From an uncultured virus (IMG/VR IMGVR_UViG_3300030104_003374) (taxonomy: Duplodnaviria > Heunggongvirae > Uroviricota > Caudoviricetes), in the IMG/VR virus record IMGVR_UViG_3300030104_003374: 20,000 nucleotides of DNA. The stretch is one strand, 5' to 3'. Positions 10,301 to 16,000 of the stretch are shown in pieces. A model generated the notes under the pieces. It searched no databases. It saw only the letters and a program-made list of their open reading frames with translations, and was not told where the DNA came from. A program made the translations under genes and the position numbers. The number at the start of each line of letters is the position of its first letter. Positions within the stretch are counted from its first letter, which is position 1.

Positions 10301-13032
10301 TTAAAGATTTTGATTCACGTAATGAAATAAAAGCAAGGTTTGGTTCTGATGCGGGTTATGTTAGTAGATTCAGTTCTTCTTTTAATAATGCTATAATAAA
10401 TTCTTTATTTCAAAATAAACTATCAAGATTTGTAGATGGAAATAATAAAGTATTATTGTATCCTGAATCATACAAAGGTAATAAAGTTGAGTTTGTAGAT
10501 GGCAATCCTAATTTTGTAAACGCAGATCCAGTAACTGTTTACGAAGGTAAAATATACATTAATAAAGGAAAGCTTACAAAACAATTTAGAAATCAAGTAT
10601 TTTTAAATACAAATAATACAGAAGAAGGACATTTAAAAAGAGGACTAGATACATTTGCACCACAAGAAAATCCTTTTCCTGCATTTGAAGATTATATAAG
10701 ATACATGATGGATGTAGAGTATATGAAAGAATATCAGTATACACCAAATTCATTAAGTCAAGATAAAGATTTTAGAAACCTTGTATCAAAAACAAAAGAT
10801 TTAGATAAAGCCTTTACATCATATGTATCTCAAAAAGCTTTATCAAATACATTTAATAGAGCCTATATTTTAGGAATAACTAAGTACTCTTACTTTGATC
10901 AAGTAAATAATATTATAAATGAATTTCCAAATCTTAAAGAAGATTATCCAGTACTAGCTCAATTAGCTAAAGCTAAATTAAAAGCTGATAGAAAAGAAAA
11001 AATATTTAGTTTAAATAATAAGATGCTTGTTAAAGGTTCATTAGCAGAAGACTATGATGTTCAGTTGAGAAAGCTTGCTAATATAGGAGTAATGAAATCT
11101 TTAAATGCACAAGACAATCAAAGGATTACTGATGTATTTAAAAAGTTTTCATTAATGAGTGAATATCAAACAGGTACAGGTTTCCATCCTAATAGTCTTA
11201 TGGATATACTTAACCCTTCTCAAAAAGTAGCATTACTAAGAGGTCCTGTTAATAAAGCTGTTAATACAAATTTGAATAATATAGATTTACTTAAAATATA
11301 TAGCAGCTTAATAAATGCATATCAGTTTCAAAACTATTTGATGTCTTCATCAAAAACACAAGATGAATCAGGTATAGTTGATTTAGACGCAGAAGATATG
11401 TTACAGTATTTCCCTGATGGAAAAGAAGTTGATATAGAAGAAGTCTTTCCTGAAACTGTAGAAGAAGAAACTGCTGGGGTTAAACCTGAAAATATATCAA
11501 GTAAAGGTTCAAGCTTTGCTAAAAAATTAACTAATCCTGGAAATAACTTAGAAGTTACGTATAAAGGAAGAAAGTTTAGAAATGCGGAACATGCTTATCA
11601 AACATATAAATCAGGTGAGTTTGATCAAAAGGCTTACAATAGTACTGCATTTAAACCTATAGGTTCTAAACCTGCCAATAAAAATACAAACTATCAAACA
11701 ATGGTTGATATTCTAAAAGCTAAATTAGAACAGCACCCTGAATTAATAGAGGGTATTAATCAAAGAGGTGGATTAGCTTATATAGAACAATCTACTCATA
11801 ATGTAACAGGAGATAAATTTTGGGAATCTAAAGGTCAAAATAAATTTATTGAAGCTTTAGCTGATGCTTATAATTCTACTCAACCAGCTGCTGGGGTTGC
11901 TATATATGAACCTGTTAATATAACATTTCCTAAAAATGCATTTACCATTAAGCCTATTAAAGGTAGACCTGATAAAAAAGCAACAGCAAAATCTAAAATA
12001 GCTACTCAATTTATAGGATTTGCTGAAGGAATAGCCGGAAGTAGTACAGCTAACTATGCTCAACAAGCAGGGTTATTTGCTAATACGGGTAACTATGGAT
12101 CTGATGATGTAATATTTGTTTCTATTGGTGGTAAAAGAGGAAGTGCTCAACTACAAAAATCTCAACAAGACAGAACTATAAGAGAAGCTATTAAAGCTGT
12201 AGAAGCTGGAGCAACTATACTTACTGATAATAAAGCTTATACAGATACTAGTACATACAACACTGGTGAGAAAAGACTTTATGAAAATATGGAGGCTAAG
12301 GGTTATAACTATTCTGAAGTAACTGTAGATGGTGAAACTATAGGTACTTGGAGTAAAACTGTTCAACCAACTGGTGAGGTTACTGAAATAGAAGGTCTTG
12401 GTAAAGTATATTCTGATAATGAAGTATTATCTAAAATAGGTACAGAAGATCAATATCAAAGATATATTAACTCAAAGTTTCCAACAAGCAGGATGAAAAA
12501 TGTTGTTTATAGAGGAACTCCTAGTCAGATAATAAAGAGTGAATATGACCGTACCCCTGCTGCTAATTTAGGTAGAGGTATTTACTATGCAGGTGATATA
12601 AGAAAAGCACGTAAGTATGGTGATAATATATCTACTGCTATTGTAAATATTGAAGATCCTCTCATAGTAAGCATAAATATGAATGATAATAGAGGTTATT
12701 CATCTAACTTAAGTAAAATAAATGCTAAACAAATTACTGTTAATAAAGATAATCTTAATGGTAAAACTTCAATACTTAGTTATGAAGGTTTTCAAAAAGA
12801 GGATTACGTAAGATATAATGATTATACAGGTCATTATATAGGACCTTTAACTGAAGAGGGTCTTCCTGCAGTTAAATTTAGAGGTCAGCGTCTTACTCTT
12901 GATGAAGTTGTTTTAACTTCTCCAGAACAAGTTTATGAATTAGGAACTAAAGAAGATATACAAGGCTTTAAAGAATTTGTAAGAGATGATTGGAATGGAC
13001 CTTATCCTAAAGGACCAGTAAAATGTGTATAA
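1390..13032 (+). CDS. Giant (3880 aa) polyvalent virion RNA polymerase, crAss-like/phi14:2 gp66 type, with zincin, NADAR and ART-like accessory domains
   Basis: Uninterrupted 11.6-kb ORF. It carries the catalytic-type GSDFDVDKL with RIP ~40 aa upstream, an SDGGGYIS motif, HEAWH, and C-terminal NADAR and ART-like motifs. It sits between two other very large genes. Confidence 0.88.
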   Translation: MKLACAPSVKRIKSLIQYIQKGIDEKGKDINLNRTMQFIFDGRKAAQDKANENLPDSQKLDSTIVAAELVKHVPFIAVNDLMRRNIQTNKIQDFYNAHILFNNPETGLENIIKQFTIDVNRAQAAVQTSNKAANTESQNSTDQANEKVDVTPPVRLKTFSPLTGTITPFVKINPNNNQVTIEKEDKNKTTIINTLNALSLENQKGNGLYDFIYQGTRLKLKAVNLNKFNNQKDFVADKKYLDELDSTTRQEVLRSRKLVGSKKNVEGVLQENDRAILVVTDQYGYPIRFSEEGNISRDGTGQIVYQFLRSVKNGKVTDIYGREEQIADPLIVSESLGITFEEAKKRIDEEISVLEKLNERVVKNKEDVILDITGLTEGVSSTLSGKKIKINSLEVLPGMTEAKAKGIVKSIEISPNDAIGIKSGFPFVMINGNPYAVDRPTIEKELATEIAEVLTKDIPTSERVDFIDQFLPIASANEYAKGRRSYKLNASDNGSLYFELRNGQVINLSPNKLSDITQQDKDTIVEALTTGWENRGVGSPMNYNKKLLSENSYDRYDIKTGKFKRDQDYIEFLGSQNADITLSDLDAGFYNQLIQFGNPDSQISKDVNKANQKRDTRSTRKRTKDNLVEFFQNNEDTKTIPVKVSSLTQAMARQDQRMALENPLTGPMLSTVVRDVNTLVGVETGDTVELKIVTEEDPDFYPDTIGVYFKGNKIAVIAETDFDNAAEKEAYLKNQKEEEKIITKNLNNEYISNTLLSKTSSSNTNAANTFKSGKHFRRGYSLSKVTQQQINDAKKWWANSPLNKYIELDPLINAVNSDQFASFVINAAALVDPNAPLAKVGITAKGTEVDLYHEAWHGFTQLYLTQKQKDELYAEVKKLPKYKNKSSFEIEEALAEDFRNYAKNPKIKKGRPKRNTIFRKILNFINKLLNKLPGIKINNTDANIDVLSIPSVKELYDNLYLASSDPKYAEQIMNNYTPLVQNTYWYELNRGIRRTDNAKFDALNDFDSNKIVNIIDSVISDISNEINYDRLTTNSANPKAGTLGVILNKSARKETYDIVLERFENKLKDYYKELDKISKMPSFNDIKTLSDIKKNAAGVLKGAEGVNDKYIFTRAQVNSFENLNADIEKGERILGSNFRGVDIISDYYTHTDAKIKNRPVEIIVVNKIEDAERQLYNYKRVGDESYVGVTDIKPVPTTQLTSEQSKILDNIRMFQAAIANWGDENSGVIKYHRNKSRYSMINKAYDLTNTALIEEQQEIDEILNPEEKDSSIVPDKSIGKKSLLQLAEKEASYIIGSLHKVDINGNAVFNEQGFRELADFNESFNVIANLIQGVKDPAKAYNILKEASKDFPVLKELIQLKLTDPSLPINHEYDFDIVSAFFHTFKKPKIDYLQLTAFEEDGKYNLAVTQSDLDVDGILREYREGFNAQPEGKYVSKTIDNQSVLKLQDVVKDFTDSKGRLKKDKSVEFLNALGIDVDNIKRIREAFDKDAVQFYGLNYIHAITKGFAEIQQADPNDPSVSVLQKQYAEEFVKSPAKVLAKKIPAKIITNPLFKGKPINQYTQVKRIANLQAKYGAITKNTGILDAKGNLIFNVIQDSSATYLVDDVNSMDNLSNAWLNRQKSNTPNEFAYLSKFNPEKNTFTKESILLNSVFRIKDGGNYNKRKDDIVLDLFATSGVNVSDSAKASNNTTSLYRNDKFSQEFHTFLLDGVKEFIRHGEKKSAFGLRVLDSGSNTGSIVRPQRPDGKEYDKSLYVDVDMFTPEGGGSDYAINNMILPYLRSEFTRIKRFGENRAAYSQLTSYNKELFNGRKAGESFTMFDGMLRDTTKNELYALPISSSVDVIDYLTNNKPELKEKVVKEIKEYFEEEVSKTKEYAFDNSNYVDDALIKKLNLPELVTEGKTENEIELLKAERKTLEVNSLLKAYEYNSFIHNFETINLIYGDPLQFNYVKEDITKRIGASVGGGNNMILAQNAINWINKQWVGNRDTYASINKKPELTYGQTFNTDVIEDSIKDSLYLPIIEKAAKEKFAKEFPKGTKKELDAFVKSITDGYKDMEESDGGGYISFDAYRMFKKASNKWSENQEDLYQKLIKGEKVDAEDVVDFFPIYKLAYYGDIANAPVTATAMHKFALTPLIPGIISPVLTDLHNAMMDEGLHYVTYGTGSKITALTREPGKLTDIFTDKTSSQIKEITEEDRQKGKKLFYPNVLYTKGLKEVTDVNTSYKSSVTFPTQQRPVLLDALVSVGELLNEDNKPLLDEYYKQIRDYTKANQLELLNDIGFEIDKNGRFIPIDGNLSKLMSVIKKELEKNEVPKTLRDLVDVTRTTKSRKVDLSIYPRPDDIEKLLMTLVQKRLVRYKVNGEALVQGPVTMWKDLWATQEVIKDKSKQRELLGTNGLVFYTPGNAAHTAITMQGPFVNLLNLEDPDSPGLTIKDTGDVDRLNELIKDPKFREENREALTILGPRIPIDSANSIEIFEVWHFLKPGGGNQIIVPTEIVAKAGSDFDVDKLNMMFPHIGKDGKILKTKFSEKDLISEIERGDKQNTVLVEDYKKAKFNELLKVMKDILLLPENYINLIKPNETTLVENQVDYLQTATGGYSRFENLYTKDEGRRSIKGKKAVSPTTTLSTSYILEKHDANLTGAGPLGVIALVNKMHSLYKSVNFMMPQTYIVSNKSRMIHRLLFDHNKTGKNISLAHEYNKDNARISDVISHLLNALLDRGKLQYPVDLKATPEGINMVSYLVQAGVKQDEVFLYMNQPLIVEYLNEQARLKGAFAKITGEDTNKVQQKAAENVLNSHFNEEQLSNIIANANNSRNGSRLDKKRPLPKINTILEKNLPYSSLYMTNKYLKNGINKDVLKKQIEDTTLITSPTDLALFLSYLETEKAIKGLRTLQPISTPDTNYTKTLQELDEAKQARSRLTGEGLDLTSVNRLLDGSILTPFKIGKLADSIISQAMPLRSSQWVRDFISDQLKDFDSRNEIKARFGSDAGYVSRFSSSFNNAIINSLFQNKLSRFVDGNNKVLLYPESYKGNKVEFVDGNPNFVNADPVTVYEGKIYINKGKLTKQFRNQVFLNTNNTEEGHLKRGLDTFAPQENPFPAFEDYIRYMMDVEYMKEYQYTPNSLSQDKDFRNLVSKTKDLDKAFTSYVSQKALSNTFNRAYILGITKYSYFDQVNNIINEFPNLKEDYPVLAQLAKAKLKADRKEKIFSLNNKMLVKGSLAEDYDVQLRKLANIGVMKSLNAQDNQRITDVFKKFSLMSEYQTGTGFHPNSLMDILNPSQKVALLRGPVNKAVNTNLNNIDLLKIYSSLINAYQFQNYLMSSSKTQDESGIVDLDAEDMLQYFPDGKEVDIEEVFPETVEEETAGVKPENISSKGSSFAKKLTNPGNNLEVTYKGRKFRNAEHAYQTYKSGEFDQKAYNSTAFKPIGSKPANKNTNYQTMVDILKAKLEQHPELIEGINQRGGLAYIEQSTHNVTGDKFWESKGQNKFIEALADAYNSTQPAAGVAIYEPVNITFPKNAFTIKPIKGRPDKKATAKSKIATQFIGFAEGIAGSSTANYAQQAGLFANTGNYGSDDVIFVSIGGKRGSAQLQKSQQDRTIREAIKAVEAGATILTDNKAYTDTSTYNTGEKRLYENMEAKGYNYSEVTVDGETIGTWSKTVQPTGEVTEIEGLGKVYSDNEVLSKIGTEDQYQRYINSKFPTSRMKNVVYRGTPSQIIKSEYDRTPAANLGRGIYYAGDIRKARKYGDNISTAIVNIEDPLIVSINMNDNRGYSSNLSKINAKQITVNKDNLNGKTSILSYEGFQKEDYVRYNDYTGHYIGPLTEEGLPAVKFRGQRLTLDEVVLTSPEQVYELGTKEDIQGFKEFVRDDWNGPYPKGPVKCV
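3780..4190 (+). other. Zincin-like metallopeptidase domain in the RNAP polyprotein
   Basis: LYHEAWHGF (HExxH, 3946-3960, aa 853-857), followed by EEALAEDF (4060-4083, candidate third zinc ligand) and an amphipathic FRKILNFINKLL helix. Boundaries approximate. Confidence 0.8.
7150..9700 (+). other. Two-barrel (double-psi beta-barrel) RNA polymerase core
   Basis: SDGGGYIS (from 7564) resembles the DG motif of QDE-1/RDR-like polymerases. Lysine motifs HKFAL and GSKI follow. GPRIP (RIP 8779-8787) precedes the DxDxD motif DFDVD at 8896-8910 (aa 2503-2507), which matches the DFDID-type site of crAss-like virion RNAPs. Boundaries approximate. Confidence 0.85.
11482..11880 (+). other. NADAR (YbiA-like) domain
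   Basis: Motifs LTN..., YKGRKFRNAEHAYQTYK (AEHAYQ 11584-11601), MVDILKAKLEQHPELIEGI and GDKFWESKGQNKFIEAL correspond to the NADAR signatures (S/A)EHxxQxxK, MxxxxxxKFxQxxxL and DxxW..GxNxLG. Confidence 0.8.
11899..12363 (+). other. Uncharacterised alpha/beta domain (~155 aa) between NADAR and the ART-like domain
   Basis: Compact Gly/Ala-rich segment (IATQFIG, GSSTANY, ANTGNYGSDDVIFVSIGGKRG, AGATILTD, YNTGE) bounded by linker repeats. I cannot name the family. Confidence 0.55.
12430..12990 (+). other. ADP-ribosyltransferase-like domain (ART-PolyVal-like)
   Basis: VVYRGT (Arg codon 12511, where YHG is usual), LGRGIYYAGDIRKARKYG, VNIEDP and a late DEVVL strand (Glu codon 12904) give the strand order of ART folds in phage polyvalent proteins. 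Confidence 0.65.
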
Positions 13033-13067
13033 TAATGAGTATATTTATATAAATAAAAGAATAAGTA

Positions 13068-16000
13068 ATGCCTTGCAGAATATATATAAAAGAACAACTA
13101 GAAGATAAAGTAAAAAGAGAAACTATAGACATGAGAAATATGTCTTATAGAAATGCTCTTAATGCGGCTAGAGCTTACAATGCTAAGACGGGTTATAAAG
13201 TAATTGAAGTTTACTCTGATCAAGATGTAGGTACAGTTAGATCAATTAATATACCTACAGAATTTGTTGATTTTTGGTATCAAAAAGAAGAGATATTTGA
13301 AAATGAGCAACAAGCTAGAGAAATTCAAATGGAAGATGCTCTAAGAGCAGGTATTAAAGAAGAGCAGTTTACAGATAGATATTTATTTGATGAGTCAGTT
13401 CAAGAAGAATTAGATAGTAGTTATATAGATACTGTTGAACAAATAGCACAACAATTTAGTTTAACTAGAGAAGAACAAAAAGCAGATAGAGATTTAGAAA
13501 TAGCAACTAAACTTGCTGAAAAATTTAAAAAATCTTTTGACATTGATTATCAGATAGTTAATGAAAGTGAAGCTAAAGCACTATTAGAAAAATCACCCGT
13601 TCCTTATGATGGAGAAGGAGCTTTCTATTATCAGAATAAAGTATTTTTTGTTGAAGGAAATTTTAATTCAGACACTGTTCTTCATGAATATGCTCATCCT
13701 TTTATAAAAGCAATACAAAAAGATAACCGTGCTTTATTTGATAAGCTATACTATTCTCTTGGTGGTACTACAGAAGGTAGTAGTATTATAGAACAACTTA
13801 CAAAAAAAGCTGAAGAAAAAGGGAATCTAGATTATATTGGATCAGATAGATTTAAAGAAGAAGCTATTGTAAGATCTATTGAATTAGATGGTAATAGAAA
13901 ACTTAATAAAATTAAATCTGATGATGTAGGTTTTAAAAAGTTTATAAAGGATTTAATGTATGCTATAAGACAAGTACTTAGAAAGTTTGCTAAGAAGTTA
14001 AATCTAAAAGCATTAAATACTAATACTAAAGTAGATCAGCTTACAGACATGTTATTAGGTGACGACTTTGTTATTGATACTAGTATACTAGAAGCTTCAG
14101 ACTTTCCAGAGTTTAGAGATCAGCAATTAGACATGATAGAAGAGTTCAAAAAAGTAGAGGCCTCTAAGTTTATTAAAGCTATAAATGATTTTGATTCTTT
14201 AGCTGAACAACAACTTAGTGATTTTAGAAGAACTCCTGGTAAACTAAAAGAATCATTAAAAGGAAAAGAAGGAGAGATATTACTTAAAAATTTAAAAGAT
14301 TTTCTAGGTGATATCAATACAAAAGATATGAGTAAAATCCAAGAAGATAAATTATTGGATGCAATTGCTAACCGTCAAAAAGAATTTACTGCAAGAGCAG
14401 GTGCTATAATATCTAGTGTTGAACATATCTCTATATTTGTTGCACAAATAGATAACATATTAAAAAGTATGGAATCTAATCAGGAGTATTTAGAAGCAGA
14501 AGGAAATGCTAAACTACATTATTACACTACAATACTTGAGCAACAAAAAGCATTCTTAGGTAAAAGTTTACTTCCTACTTTAAATTTATATCCTACAACA
14601 GAAGTATCTAAAAAGATTCAAGCTGTAAAAGGATCAATTGATACAGCCCTTGACACAATACAGAAATATCAGTTTGATTATATTAAAGAATACTTAGCTG
14701 AAGGATCTGAATATATGAACTCTAACATTGTAGCTGACTTTACTAACAATGATGTTAAACTTATTTTTGAAGCATCCGGTTTATCTCAAGATGATGTAAA
14801 TAATTTTGTAAATAAAATAGTAAATAGAGCAAACAAAGGCCCTATTACTAAGTATAACATGAATGATTTAAAGAATGATTTAGGTGGAAAAGAAATTAAC
14901 CCTGGTCAAGTTAAATATTTATTTAAAGCTATACAAAACTTTAGTAGTAATTATGTATCTAAAGAAAAGTTAGATACTGTATTAAAAGGAGAAGGAGGAG
15001 ATATTGGGAAAGTAGCTGCTAACTTAAATGCGTATACACAAATAAATGACCCAGTAATTGGATCATTTGTTATGCAAACAAAAAAGTTTTTATCAGATGC
15101 TGCTATGGAAAGTCAAGAGCAGTATAATACTGTAATGAATAGATTAGTTCCATTATTAAATCAAGTAGGATATAACCCTAATGATACAACTCAGTTGCAA
15201 GATTTATTATACTTTGTAGATAAAGTAGCTGTAGTAAACAAAGAAGGTATACTTGAAGAAAAGGAAGTATATACCTTATTAAATAAATTTAAAGATTGGA
15301 GAAAAGATTATAAGCAACTTACTCATGCTAGAGAGCAGGCTGTTGAACAAGGAGATCAGCAAGCTATAAGACAAGCAAAAGCAGAGTTAGAAGAGTTTGA
15401 AGAAAAGTATATGCATAGACAATATACGCAAGAGTTTTATGACGTTCAAAAAATATGGAGATCTAATGTTGAAGTAACTAATCCTGTAACAAAGGAAGGT
15501 ATGCTAGTAGATAGAGAACTTTCTGAAGAAGCTTATGAAGAAAGAAATACAGCTTTATCAAACTTAAATGCTGCAAGAAAGAATAAGTATATGACAGAAG
15601 ATGAGACTAATCCTGTATCAGAATTAGACGAAGCTGAGAGAGAATATAAAGAACTTTATAACTTAGTAGATGATCAAGGAAACTATAAGAAAGGAGATGA
15701 TCTTAAAAAGACTTTAGTAAGACTTAAACATAGAGAAGAATCTAATAAGTTTTATACAGGAGATACTGACTTAGATGCAATACAAAGAGATCTAAATACG
15801 TTTGTAAATGTTCAATTAAAAGGTAAAGGTATTACTGATTCTAAGGAGATTGAAAGATTAATTGCAGAAGAATTTGGAAATGAGAATATGGTTGAAGCTA
15901 AGTCTCAATTATATTTTGATGAACAGAAAAGATTAAATGACCAAATAAAACAATTAACAGAAAAAGGAGGAGTAAGTGATGTTGCTAGAAGATTAGCTGA

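Larger units (their letters stand above)
11471..12381 (+). repeat. Three related short direct repeats at inter-domain linkers
   Basis: ctgctggggtt occurs exactly at 11471-11481 and 11888-11898. caaccagctgctggggtt (11881-11898) matches caaccaactggtgaggtt (12364-12381) at 15/18 positions. All are in the same frame and encode TAGV / QPAAGV / QPTGEV. Confidence 0.7.

Noticed and set aside
1390..13090. N-terminal Cys (MKLAC, MPC) as lipoprotein lipidation sites or intein starts
   Set aside because: No hydrophobic signal peptide precedes either Cys, and no intein splicing or homing endonuclease motifs were seen.
1251..14317. Minus-strand ORFs 1251-1481, 2304-2615, 11857-12066, 12151-12366 and 14120-14317
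   Set aside because: They are short antisense shadows of long, motif-bearing + strand genes, with S/F/I-rich composition typical of reverse-complement frames and no recognisable motifs.
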